64,000 bases of DNA. Origin: Leptogorgia sarmentosa. Its lineage: Eukaryota. The stretch spans positions 16,926,001 to 16,990,000 of the forward strand of contig OZ210885.1 of assembly GCA_964658305.1 (NCBI GenBank), given 5' to 3'. Under the pieces are notes generated by a model. The model was not told the origin of the DNA. It worked only from the letters and a program-made list of their open reading frames with translations, and searched no databases. The position numbers and the translations under genes were made by a program. Positions 9,801-23,348 of this stretch are shown here, piece after piece (positions within the stretch are counted from its first letter, which is position 1; every line of letters starts with the position of its first letter).

Positions 9801-12401
9801 GGGTTTTGTTATTGTTACACGTTTAAAAAGTGTAACTTCCATCAACAAATGTCTACGACCATACCAGTAGGAAAATACCGGTTCTCGTCTGATCACCGAA
9901 GTTAAGCCTAGGTGGGCAAAGTTAGTAGTTGGATGGGTGACCACCTGGGAATACTTTGTGTTGTAGACTTGCTTCTTTTTATTGTATGTGTGCTTGTAAA
10001 TAGGTTTGCTTTCAATTTCAACTTCAGGGTTTTGTTATTGTTACACGTTTAAAAAGTGTAACTTCCATCAACAAATGTCTACGACCATACCAGTAGCAAA
10101 ATACCGGTTCTCGTCTGATCACCGAAGTGAAGCCTAGATGGGCAAAGTTAGTACTTGGATGGGTGACCACCTGGGAATACTTTGTGTTGTAGACTTGCTT
10201 CATTTTATTGTATGTGTGTTTGTAAATAGGTTTGCTTTCAATTTCAACTTCAGGGTTTTGTTATTGTTACACGTTTAAAAAGTGTTACTTCCATCAAGAA
10301 ATATCTATGACCATACCAGTAGAAAATACCGGTTCTCGTCTGATCACCGAAGTTAAGCCTAGGTGGGCAAGGTTAGTAGTTGGATGGGTGACCACCTGGG
10401 AATATTTTGTGTTGTACACTTGCTTCATTTTATTGTATGTGTGTTTCTAAATAGGTTTGCTTTCAATTTCAACTTCAGGGTTTTCTTATTGTTACACGTT
10501 TAAAAAGTGTAACTTCCATCAACAAATGTCTACGACCATACCAGTAGGAAAATACCGGTTCTCGTCTGATCACCGAAGTTAACCCTAGGTGGGCAAAGTT
10601 AGTAGTTGGATGGGTGACCACCTGGGAATACTTTGTGTTGTAGACTTGCTTCATTTTATTGTATGTGTGTTTGTAAATAGGTTTGCTTGGAATTTCAACT
10701 TCAGGGTTTTGTTATTGTTACACGTTTAAAAAGTGTAACTTCCATCAACAGATGTCTACGACCATACCTGTAGGAAAATACCGGTTCTCCTCTGATCACC
10801 GAAGTTAAGCCTAGGTGGGAAAAGTTAGTAGTTGTATGGGTGACCACCTGGGAATACTTTGTGTTGTAGACTTGCTTCATTTTATTGTATGTGTGTTTGT
10901 AAATAGGTTTGCTTTCAATTTCAACTTCAGGGTTTTGTTATTGTTACACGTTTAAAAAGTGTTACTTCCATCAACAAATGTCTACGACCATACCAGTAGG
11001 AAAATACCGGTCCTCGTCTGATCACCGAAGTTAAGCCTAGGTGGGCAAGGTTAGTAGTTGGATGGGTGACCACCTGGGAATATTTTGTGTTGTAGACTTG
11101 CTTCATTTTATTGTATGTGTGTTTCTAGATAGGTTTGCTTTCAATTTCAACTTCAGGGTTTTCTTATTGTTACACGTTTAAAAAGTGTAACTTCCATCAA
11201 CAAATGTCTACGACCATACCAGTAGGAAAATACCGGTTCTCGTCTGATCGCCGAAGTTAACCCTAGGTGGGCAAAGTTAGTAGTTGGATGGGTGACCACC
11301 TGGGAATACTTTGTGTTGTAGACTTGCTTCATTTTATTGTATGTGTGTTTGTAAATAGGTTTGCTTGGAATTTCAACTTCAGGGTTTTGTTATTGTTACA
11401 CGTTTAAAAAGTGTAACTTCCATCAACAGATGTCTACGACCATACCTGTAGGAAAATACCGGTTCTCGTCTGATCACCGAAGTTAACCCTAGGTGGGCAA
11501 AGTTAGTAGTTGGATGGGTGACCACCTGGGAATACTTTGTGTTGTAGACTTGCTTCATTTTATTGTATGTGTGTTTGTAAATAGGTTTGCTTTCAATTTC
11601 AACTTCAGAGTTTTGTTATTGTTACACGTTTAAAAAGTGTTACTTCCATCAACAAATGTCTACGACCATACCAGTAGGAAAATACCGGTTCTCGTCTGAT
11701 CACCGAAGTTCAGCCTAGGTGGGCACAGTTAGTACTTGTATGGGTGACTACCTGGGAATACTTTGTGTTGTAGACTTGCTTCATTTTATTGTATGTGTGT
11801 TTGTAAATAGGTTTGCTTTCAATTTCAACTTCAGGGTTTTGTTATTGTTACACGTTTAAAAAGTGTAACTTCCATCAACAAATGTCTACGACCATACCAG
11901 TAGGAAAATACCGGTTCTCGTCTGATCACCGAAGTTAAGCCTAGGTGGGCAAAGTTAGTACTTGGATGGGTGACCACTTGGGAATACTTTGTGTTGTAGA
12001 CTTGCTTCATTTTATTGTATGTGTGTTTCTAAATAGGTTTGCTTTCAATGTAAACTTCAGGGATTTTGTTATTGCTACATCTGGAAATACTTTGTATTGT
12101 TGTTTTGCTAAATGTTATCTAATGCCTATTTGTAAATATAATTCCTTTCAATTTCAACTTCAGGGTTTTGTTATTGTTACACGTTTAAAAAGTGTTACTT
12201 CCATCAACAAATGTCTACGACCGTACGAGTAGGAAAATACCGGTTCTCGTCTGATCACCGAAGTTAAGCCTAGGTGGGCAAAGTTAGTAGTTGGATGGGT
12301 GACCACCTGGTAATACTTTGTGTTGTAGACTTGCTTCATTTTATTGTATGTGTGTTTGTAAATAGGTTTGCTTTCAATTTCAACTTCAGGGTTTTGTTAT
12401 T

Positions 12402-12424
12402 GTTACACGTTTAAAAAGTGTAAC
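12402..12424 (+). promoter_or_regulatory. Upstream TATA-like element TTTAAAAA (-29..-22; 12410-12417) framed by a 7-bp inverted repeat GTTACAC/GTGTAAC (representative; variants in every unit)
   Basis: Position matches the TATA-like elements known about 25-30 bp upstream of many eukaryotic 5S genes. The inverted repeat is read directly from the sequence. Confidence 0.6.
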
Positions 12425-12438
12425 TTCCATCAACAAAT

Positions 12439-12558
12439 GTCTACGACCATACCAGTAGGAAAATACCGGTTCTCGTCTGATCACCGAAGTTAAGCCTAGG
12501 TGGGCAAAGTTAGTACTTGGATGGGTGACCACCTGGGAATACTTTGTGTTGTAGACTT
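12439..12558 (+). rRNA. 5S: Representative consensus 5S rRNA gene (120 nt)
   Basis: Folds by hand into the 5S structure: helix I 1-9/110-118; helix III 27-32/45-52 with A49A50 bulge; helix V 67-72/103-108; helix IV 78-86/91-98 with A83 bulge, U80·U96 and GUGA tetraloop; loop E UAGUA/GAA. Confidence 0.92.
12488..12535 (+). promoter_or_regulatory. Pol III type 1 internal control region (box A about nt 50-64, intermediate element 67-72, box C 80-97), representative copy
   Basis: AGTTAAGC box A core and TGGATGGGTGACC box C lie at the canonical positions (Xenopus numbering). Confidence 0.8.
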
Positions 12559-12564
12559 GCTTCA

Positions 12565-12568
12565 TTTT
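12565..12568 (+). terminator. Pol III terminator T4, 6 nt downstream of nt 120 (representative)
   Basis: ...GTAGACTT GCTTCA TTTT ATTG is the first run of 4 or more T after the gene. Confidence 0.65.
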
Positions 12569-15500
12569 ATTGTATGTGTGTTTGTAAATAGGTTTGCTTT
12601 CAATTTCAACTTCAGGGTTTTGTTATTATTACACGTTTAAAAAGTGTTACTTCCATCAACAAATGTCTACGACCATACCAGTAGGAAAATACCGGTTCTC
12701 GTTTGATCACCGAAGTTAAGCCTACGTGGGCAAAGTTAGTACTTGGATGGGTGACTACCTGGGAATACTTTGTGTTGTAGACTTGCTTCATTTTATTGTA
12801 TGTGTGTTTGTAAATAGGTTTGCTTTCAATTGCAACTTCAGGGTTTTGTTATTGTTACACGTTTAAAAAGTGTAACTTCCATCAACAAATGTCTACGACC
12901 ATACCAGTAGGAAAATACCGGTTCTCGTCTGATCACCGAAGTTAAGCCTAGGTGGGCAAAGTTAGTACTTGGATGGGTGACCACCTGGGAATACTTTGTG
13001 TTGTAGACTTGCTTCATTTTATTGTATGTGTGTTTGTAAATAGGTTTGCTTTCAATGTAAACTTCAGGGATTTTGTTATTGCTACATCTGGAAATACTTT
13101 GTATTGTTGTTTTGCTAAATGTTATTTAATGCCTATTTGTAAATATAATTCCTTTCAATTTCAACTTCAGGGTTTTGTTATTGTTACACGTTTAAAAAGT
13201 GTAACTTCCATCAACAATTGTCTACGACCATACCAGTAGGAAAATACCGGTTCTCGTCTGATCACCGAAGTTAAGCCTAGGTGGGCAAAGTTAGTACTTG
13301 GATGGGTGACTACCTGGGAATACTTTGTGTTGTAGACTTGCTTCATTTTATTGTATGCGTGTTTGTAAATAGGTTTGCTTTCAATTTCAACTTCAGGGTT
13401 TTGTTATTGTTACACGTTGAAAAAGTGTAACTTCCATCAACAAATGTCTACGACCATACCAGTGGGAAAATACCGGTTCTCGTCTGATCACCGAAGTTAA
13501 GCCTAGGTGGGCAAAGTTAGTAGTTGGATGGGTGACCACCTGGGAATACTTTGTGTTGTAGACTTGCTTCATTTTATTGTATGTGTGTTTGTAAATAGGT
13601 TTGCTTTCAATTGCAACTTCAGGGTTTTGTTATTGTTACACGTTTAAAAAGTGTAACTTCCATCAACAAATGTCTACGACCATACCAGTAGGAAAATACC
13701 GGTTCTCGTTTGATCACTGAAGTTAAGCCTACGTGGGCAAAGTTAGTACTTGGATGGGTGACTACCTGGGAATACTTTGTGTTGTAGACTTGCTTCATTT
13801 TATTGTATGTGTGTTTGTAAATATAATTCCTTTCAATTTCAACTTCAGGGTTTTTTTATTGTTACACGTTTAAAAAGTGTAACTTCCATCAACAATTGTC
13901 TACGACCATACCAGTAGGAAAATACCGGTTCTCGTCTGATCACCGAAGTTAAGCCTAGGTGGGCAAAGTTAGTACTTGGATGGGTGACTACCTGGGAATA
14001 CTTTGTGTTGTAGACTTGCTTCATTTTATTGTATGTGTGTTTGTAAATAGGTTTGCTTTCAATTTCAACTTCAGGGTTTTGTTATTGTTACACGTTTAAA
14101 AAGTGTAACTTCCATCAACAGATGTCTACGACCATACCTGTAGGAAAATACCGGATCTCCTCTGATCACCGAAGTTAAGCCTAGGTGGGAAAAGTTAGTA
14201 GTTGTATGGGTGACCACCTGGGAATACTTTGTGTTGTAGACTTGCTTCATTTTATTGTATGTGTGTTTGTAAATAGGTTTGCTTTCAATTTCAACTTCAG
14301 GGTTTTGTTATTGTTACACGTTTAAAAAGTGTTACTTCCATCAACAAATGTCTACGACCATACCAGTAGGAAAATACCGGTCCTCGTCTGATCACCGAAG
14401 TTAAGCCTAGGTGGGCAAGGTTAGTAGTTGGATGGGTGACCACCTGGGAATATTTTGTGTTGTACACTTGCTTCATTTTATTGTATGTGTGTTTCTAAAT
14501 AGGTTTGCTTTCAATTTCAACTTCAGGGTTTTGTTATTGTTACACGTTTAAAAAGTGTTACTTCCATCAACAAATGTCTACGACCATACCAGTAGCAAAA
14601 TACCGGTTCTTGTCTGATCACCGAAGTGAAGCCTAGATGGGCAAAGTTAGTACTTGGATGGGTGACCACCTGGGAATACTTTGTGTTGTAGACTTGCTTC
14701 ATTTTATTGTATGTGTGTTTCTAGATAGGTTTGCTTTCAATTTCAACTTCAGGGTTTTCTTATTGTTACACGTTTAAAAAGTGTAACTTCCATCAACAAA
14801 TGTCTACGACCATACCAGTAGGAAAATACCGGTTCTCGTCTGATCACCGAAGTTAACCCTAGGTGGGCAAAGTTAGTAGTTGGATGGGTGACCACCTGGG
14901 AATACTTTGTGTTGTAGACTTGCTTCATTTTATTGTATGTGTGTTTGTAAATAGGTTTGCTTGGAATTTCAACTTCAGGGTTTTGTTATTGTTACACGTT
15001 TAAAAAGTGTAACTTCCATCAACAGATGTCTACGACCATACCTGTAGGAAAATACCGGTTCTCGTCTGATCACCGAAGTTAAGCCTAGGTGGGCAAAGTT
15101 AGTAGTTGGATGGGTGACCACCTGGGAATACTTTGTGTTGTAGACTTGCTTCTTTTTATTGTATGTGTGCTTGTAAATAGGTTTGCTTTCAATTTCAACT
15201 TCAGGGTTTTGTTATTGTTACACGTTTAAAAAGTGTTACTTCCATCAACAAATGTCTACGACCATACCAGTAGGAAAATACCGGTTCTCGTCTGATCACC
15301 GAAGTTAAGCCTAGGTGGGCAAAGTTAGTACTTGGATGGGTGACCACTTGGGAATACTTTGTGTTGTAGACTTGCTTCATTTTATTGTATGTGTGTTTCT
15401 AAATAGGTTTGCTTTCAATGTAAACTTCAGGGATTTTGTTATTGCTACATCTGGAAATACTTTGTATTGTTGTTTTGCTAAATGTTATCTAATGCCTATT

Positions 15501-18500
15501 TGTAAATATAATTCCTTTCAATTTCAACTTCAGGGTTTTGTTATTGTTACACGTTTAAAAAGTGTTACTTCCATCAACAAATGTCTACGACCGTACGAGT
15601 AGGAAAATACCGGTTCTCGTCTGATCACCGAAGTTAAGCCTAGGTGGGCAAAGTTAGTAGTTGGATGGGTGACCACCTGGTAATACTTTGTGTTGTAGAC
15701 TTGCTTCATTTTATTGTATGTGTGTTTGTAAATAGGTTTGCTTTCAATTTCAACTTCAGGGTTTTGTTATTGTTACACGTTTAAAAAGTGTAACTTCCAT
15801 CAACAAATGTCTACGACCATACCAGTAGGAAAATACCGGTTCTCGTCTGATCACCGAAGTTAAGCCTAGGTGGGCAAAGTTAGTACTTGGATGGGTGACC
15901 ACCTGGGAATACTTTGTGTTGTAGACTTGCTTCATTTTATTGTATGTGTGTTTGTAAATAGGTTTGCTTTCAATTTCAACTTCAGGGTTTTGTTATTATT
16001 ACACGTTTAAAAAGTGTTACTTCCATCAACAAATGTCTACGACCATACCAGTAGGAAAATACCGGTTCTCGTTTGATCACCGAAGTTAAGCCTACGTGGG
16101 CAAAGTTAGTACTTGGATGGGTGACTACCTGGGAATACTTTGTGTTGTAGACTTGCTTCATTTTATTGTATGTGTGTTTGTAAATAGGTTTGCTTTCAAT
16201 TGCAACTTCAGGGTTTTGTTATTGTTACACGTTTAAAAAGTGTAACTTCCATCAACAAATGTCTACGACCATACCAGTAGGAAAATACCGGTTCTCGTCT
16301 GATCACCGAAGTTAAGCCTAGGTGGGCAAAGTTAGTACTTGGATGGGTGACCACCTGGGAATACTTTGTGTTGTAGACTTGCTTCATTTTATTGTATGTG
16401 TGTTTGTAAATAGGTTTGCTTTCAATGTAAACTTCAGGGATTTTGTTATTGCTACATCTGGAAATACTTTGTATTGTTGTTTTGCTAAATGTTATTTAAT
16501 GCCTATTTGTAAATATAATTCCTTTCAATTTCAACTTCAGGGTTTTGTTATTGTTACACGTTTAAAAAGTGTAACTTCCATCAACAATTGTCTACGACCA
16601 TACCAGTAGGAAAATACCGGTTCTCGTCTGATCACCGAAGTTAAGCCTAGGTGGGCAAAGTTAGTACTTGGATGGGTGACTACCTGGGAATACTTTGTGT
16701 TGTAGACTTGCTTCATTTTATTGTATGCGTGTTTGTAAATAGGTTTGCTTTCAATTTCAACTTCAGGGTTTTGTTATTGTTACACGTTGAAAAAGTGTAA
16801 CTTCCATCAACAAATGTCTACGACCATACCAGTGGGAAAATACCGGTTCTCGTCTGATCACCGAAGTTAAGCCTAGGTGGGCAAAGTTAGTAGTTGGATG
16901 GGTGACCACCTGGGAATACTTTGTGTTGTAGACTTGCTTCATTTTATTGTATGTGTGTTTGTAAATAGGTTTGCTTTCAATTGCAACTTCAGGGTTTTGT
17001 TATTGTTACACGTTTAAAAAGTGTAACTTCCATCAACAAATGTCTACGACCATACCAGTAGGAAAATACCGGTTCTCGTTTGATCACTGAAGTTAAGCCT
17101 ACGTGGGCAAAGTTAGTACTTGGATGGGTGACTACCTGGGAATACTTTGTGTTGTAGACTTGCTTCATTTTATTGTATGTGTGTTTGTAAATATAATTCC
17201 TTTCAATTTCAACTTCAGGGTTTTTTTATTGTTACACGTTTAAAAAGTGTAACTTCCATCAACAATTGTCTACGACCATACCAGTAGGAAAATACCGGTT
17301 CTCGTCTGATCACCGAAGTTAAGCCTAGGTGGGCAAAGTTAGTACTTGGATGGGTGACTACCTGGGAATACTTTGTGTTGTAGACTTGCTTCATTTTATT
17401 GTATGTGTGTTTGTAAATAGGTTTGCTTTCAATTTCAACTTCAGGGTTTTGTTATTGTTACACGTTTAAAAAGTGTAACTTCCATCAACAGATGTCTACG
17501 ACCATACCTGTAGGAAAATACCGGATCTCCTCTGATCACCGAAGTTAAGCCTAGGTGGGAAAAGTTAGTAGTTGTATGGGTGACCACCTGGGAATACTTT
17601 GTGTTGTAGACTTGCTTCATTTTATTGTATGTGTGTTTGTAAATAGGTTTGCTTTCAATTTCAACTTCAGGGTTTTGTTATTGTTACACGTTTAAAAAGT
17701 GTTACTTCCATCAACAAATGTCTACGACCATACCAGTAGGAAAATACCGGTCCTCGTCTGATCACCGAAGTTAAGCCTAGGTGGGCAAGGTTAGTAGTTG
17801 GATGGGTGACCACCTGGGAATATTTTGTGTTGTACACTTGCTTCATTTTATTGTATGTGTGTTTCTAAATAGGTTTGCTTTCAATTTCAACTTCAGGGTT
17901 TTGTTATTCTTACACGTTTAAAAAGTGTTACTTCCATCAACAAATGTCTACGACCATACCAGTAGCAAAATACCGGTTCTTGTCTGATCACCGAAGTGAA
18001 GCCTAGATGGGCAAAGTTAGTACTTGGATGGGTGACCACCTGGGAATACTTTGTGTTGTAGACTTGCTTCATTTTATTGTATGTGTGTTTCTAGATAGGT
18101 TTGCTTTCAATTTCAACTTCAGGGTTTTCTTATTGTTACACGTTTAAAAAGTGTAACTTCCATCAACAAATGTCTACGACCATACCAGTAGGAAAATACC
18201 GGTTCTCGTCTGATCACCGAAGTTAACCCTAGGTGGGCAAAGTTAGTAGTTGGATGGGTGACCACCTGGGAATACTTTGTGTTGTAGACTTGCTTCATTT
18301 TATTGTATGTGTGTTTGTAAATAGGTTTGCTTGGAATTTCAACTTCAGGGTTTTGTTATTGTTACACGTTTAAAAAGTGTAACTTCCATCAACAGATGTC
18401 TACGACCATACCTGTAGGAAAATACCGGTTCTCGTCTGATCACCGAAGTTAACCCTAGGTGGGCAAAGTTAGTAGTTGGATGGGTGACCACCTGGGAATA

Positions 18501-21500
18501 CTTTGTGTTGTAGACTTGCTTCATTTTATTGTATGTGTGTTTGTAAATAGGTTTGCTTTCAATTTCAACTTCAGAGTTTTGTTATTGTTACACGTTTAAA
18601 AAGTGTTACTTCCATCAACAAATGTCTACGACCATACCAGTAGGAAAATACCGGTTCTCGTCTGATCACCGAAGTTCAGCCTAGGTGGGCACAGTTAGTA
18701 CTTGTATGGGTGACTACCTGGGAATACTTTGTGTTGTAGACTTGCTTCATTTTATTGTATGTGTGTTTGTAAATAGGTTTGCTTTCAATTTCAACTTCAG
18801 GGTTTTGTTATTGTTACACGTTTAAAAAGTGTAACTTCCATCAACAAATGTCTACGACCATACCAGTAGGAAAATACCGGTTCTCGTCTGATCACCGAAG
18901 TTAAGCCTAGGTGGGCAAAGTTAGTAGTTGGATGGGTGACCACCTGGGAATACTTTGTGTTGTAGACTTGCTTCTTTTTATTGTATGTGTGCTTGTAAAT
19001 AGGTTTGCTTTCAATTTCAACTTCAGGGTTTTGTTATTGTTACACGTTTAAAAAGTGTTACTTCCATCAACAAATGTCTACGACCATACCTGTAGGAAAA
19101 TACCGGTTCTCGTCTGATGACCGAAGTTAAGCCTAGGTGGGCAAAGTTAGTACTTGGATGGGTGACTACCTGGGAATACTTTGTGTTGTAGACTTGCTTC
19201 ATTTTATTGTATGTGTGTTTCTAAATAGGTTTGCTTTCAATTTCAACTTCAGGGTTTTGTTATTGTTACACGTTTAAAAAGTGTTACTTCCATCAACAAA
19301 TGTCTACGACCATACCAGTAGCAAAATACCGGTTCTTGTCTGATCACCGAAGTGAAGCCTAGATGGGCAAAGTTAGTACTTGGATGGGTGACCACCTGGG
19401 AATACTTTGTGTTGTAGACTTGCTTCATTTTATTGTATGTGTGTTTCTAGATAGGTTTGCTTTCAATTTCAACTTCAGGGTTTTCTTATTGTTACACGTT
19501 TAAAAAGTGTAACTTCCATCAACAAATGTCTACGACCATACCAGTAGGAAAATACCGGTTCTCGTCTGATCACCGAAGTTAACCCTAGGTGGGCAAAGTT
19601 AGTAGTTGGATGGGTGACCACCTGGGAATACTTTGTGTTGTAGACTTGCTTCATTTTATTGTATGTGTGTTTGTAAATAGGTTTGCTTGGAATTTCAACT
19701 TCAGGGTTTTGTTATTGTTACACGTTTAAAAAGTGTAACTTCCATCAACAGATGTCTACGACCATACCTGTAGGAAAATACCGGTTCTCGTCTGATCACC
19801 GAAGTTAACCCTAGGTGGGCAAAGTTAGTAGTTGGATGGGTGACCACCTGGGAATACTTTGTGTTGTAGACTTGCTTCATTTTATTGTATGTGTGTTTGT
19901 AAATAGGTTTGCTTTCAATTTCAACTTCAGAGTTTTGTTATTGTTACACGTTTAAAAAGTGTTACTTCCATCAACAAATGTCTACGACCATACCAGTAGG
20001 AAAATACCGGTTCTCGTCTGATCACCGAAGTTCAGCCTAGGTGGGCACAGTTAGTACTTGTATGGGTGACTACCTGGGAATACTTTGTGTTGTAGACTTG
20101 CTTCATTTTATTGTATGTGTGTTTGTAAATAGGTTTGCTTTCAATTTCAACTTCAGGGTTTTGTTATTGTTACACGTTTAAAAAGTGTAACTTCCATCAA
20201 CAAATGTCTACGACCGTACCAGTAGGAAAATACCGGTTCTCGTCTGATCACCGAAGTTAAGCCTAGGTGGGCAAAGTTAGTAGTTGGATGGGTGACCACC
20301 TGGGAATACTTTGTGTTGTAGACTTGCTTCTTTTTATTGTATGTGTGCTTGTAAATAGGTTTGCTTTCAATTTCAACTTCAGGGTTTTGTTATTGTTACA
20401 CGTTTAAAAAGTGTTACTTCCATCAACAAATGTCTACGACCATACCTGTAGGAAAATACCGGTTCTCGTCTGATGACCGAAGTTAAGCCTAGGTGGGCAA
20501 AGTTAGTACTTGGATGGGTGACTACCTGGGAATACTTTGTGTTGTAGACTTGCTTCATTTTATTGTATGTGTGTTTGTAAATATAATTCCTTTCAATTTC
20601 AACTTCAGGGTTTTGTTATTGTTACACGTTTAAAAAGTGTAACTTCGATCAACAAATGTCTACGACCATACCAGTAGGAAAATACCGGTTCTCGTCTGAT
20701 CACCGAAGTTAAGCCTAGGTGGGCAAAGTTAGTACTTGGATGGGTGACCACCTGGGAATACTTTGTGTTGTAGACTTGCTTCATTTTATTGTATGTGTGT
20801 TTCTAAATAGGTTTGCTTTCAATGTAAACTTCAGGGATTTTGTTATTGCTACATCTGGAAATACTTTGTATTGTTGTTTTGCTAAATGTTATCTAATGCC
20901 TATTTGTAAATATAATTCCTTTCAATTTCAACTTCAGGGTTTTGTTATTGTTACACGTTTAAAAAGTGTTACTTCCATCAACAAATGTCTACGACCGTAC
21001 GAGTAGGAAAATACCGGTTCTCGTCTGATCACCGAAGTTAAGCCTAGGTGGGCAAAGTTAGTAGTTGGATGGGTGACCACCTGGTAATACTTTGTGTTGT
21101 AGACTTGCTTCATTTTATTGTATGTGTGTTTGTAAATAGGTTTGCTTTCAATTTCAACTTCAGGGTTTTGTTATTGTTACACGTTTAAAAAGTGTAACTT
21201 CCATCAACAAATGTCTACGACCATACCAGTAGGAAAATACCGGTTCTCGTCTGATCACCGAAGTTAAGCCTAGGTGGGCAAAGTTAGTACTTGGATGGGT
21301 GACCACCTGGGAATACTCTGTGTTGTAGACTTGCTTCATTTTATTGTATGTGTGTTTGTAAATAGGTTTGCTTTCAATTTCAACTTCAGGGTTTTGTTAT
21401 TATTACACGTTTAAAAAGTGTTACTTCCATCAACAAATGTCTACGACCATACCAGTAGGAAAATACCGGTTCTCGTTTGATCACCGAAGTTAAGCCTACG

Positions 21501-23348
21501 TGGGCAAAGTTAGTACTTGGATGGGTGACTACCTGGGAATACTTTGTGTTGTAGACTTGCTTCATTTTATTGTATGTGTGTTTGTAAATAGGTTTGCTTT
21601 CAATTGCAACTTCAGGGTTTTGTTATTGTTACACGTTTAAAAAGTGTAACTTCCATCAACAAATGTCTACGACCATACCAGTAGGAAAATACCGGTTCTC
21701 GTCTGATCACCGAAGTTAAGCCTAGGTGGGCAAAGTTAGTACTTGGATGGGTGACCACCTGGGAATACTTTGTGTTGTAGACTTGCTTCATTTTATTGTA
21801 TGTGTGTTTGTAAATAGGTTTGCTTTCAATGTAAACTTCAGGGATTTTGTTATTGCTACATCTGGAAATACTTTGTATTGTTGTTTTGCTAAATGTTATT
21901 TAATGCCTATTTGTAAATATAATTCCTTTCAATTTCAACTTCAGGGTTTTGTTATTGTTACACGTTTAAAAAGTGTAACTTCCATCAACAAATGTCTACG
22001 ACCATACCAGTAGGAAAATACCGGTTCTCGTTTGATCACTGAAGTTAAGCCTACGTGGGCAAAGTTAGAACTTGGATGGGTGACTACCTGGGAATACTTT
22101 GTGTTGTAGACTTGCTTCATTTTATTGTATGTGTGTTTGTAAATATAATTCCTTTCAATTTCAACTTCAGGGTTTTGTTATTGTTACACGTTTAAAAAGT
22201 GTAACTTCCATCAACAATTGTCTACGACCATACCAGTAGGAAAATACCGGTTCTCGTCTGATCACCGAAGTTAAGCCTAGGTGGGCAAAGTTAGTACTTG
22301 GATGGGTGACTACCTGGGAATACTTTGTGTTGTAGACTTGCTTCATTTTATTGTATGCGTGTTTGTAAATAGGTTTGCTTTCAATTTCAACTTCAGGGTT
22401 TTGTTATTGTTACACGTTGAAAAAGTGTAACTTCCATCAACAAATGTCTACGACCATACCAGTAGGAAAATACCGGTTCTCGTCTGATCACCAAAGTTAA
22501 GCCTAGGTGGGCAAAGTTAGTAGTTGGATGGGTGACCACCTGGGAATATTTTGTGTTGTAGACTTGCTTCATTTTATTGTATGTCTGTTTGTAAATAGGT
22601 TTGCTTTCAATTTCAACTTCAGGGTTTTGTTATTGTTACACGTTTAAAAAGTGTAACTTCCATCAACAAATGTCTACGAGCATACCAGTGGGAAAATACC
22701 GGTTCTCGTCTGATCACCGAAGTTAAGCCTAGGTGGGCAAAGTTAGTAGTTGGATGGGTGACCACCTGGGAATACTTTGTGTTGTAGACTTGCTTCATTT
22801 TATTGTATGTGTGTTTGTAAATAGGTTTGCTTGGAATTTCAACTTCAGGGTTTTTTATTGTTACACGTTTAAAAAGTGTAACTTCCATCAACAAATGTCT
22901 ACGACCATACCAGTAGGAAAATACCGGTTCTCGTCTGATCACCGAAGTTAAGCCTAGGTGGGCAAAGTTAGTAGTTGGATGGGTGACCACCTGGGAATAC
23001 TTTGTGTTGTAGACTTGCTTCTTTTTATTGTATGTGTGCTTGTAAATAGGTTTGCTTTCAATTTCAACTTCAGGGTTTTGTTATTGTTACACGTTTAAAA
23101 AGTGTTACTTCCATCAACAAATGTCTACGACCATACCTGTAGGAAAATACCGGTTCTCGTCTGATGACCGAAGTTAAGCCTAGGTGGGCAAAGTTAGTAC
23201 TTGGATGGGTGACTACCTGGGAATACTTTGTGTTGTAGACTTGCTTCATTTTATTGTATGTGTGTTTGTAAATATAATTCCTTTCAATTTCAACTTCAGG
23301 GTTTTGTTATTGTTACACGTTTAAAAAGTGTTACTTCCATCGGCAAAT

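Larger units (their letters stand above)
11884..18450 (+). repeat. Tandem duplication with 3370-bp period (14 units: 12x226 + 2x329)
   Basis: Long units at 11884/15254 and 12891/16261. Rare shared markers GACCACTTGG and CCGGATCTCC (14151/17521). End point approximate. Confidence 0.9.

Noticed and set aside
12439..12558. Density of short palindromes (ACCGGT, TGATCA, CCTAGG, AGTACT, GGTGACC)
   Set aside because: Mostly inherent to conserved 5S sequence. Useful as restriction markers, but no evidence of separate function.
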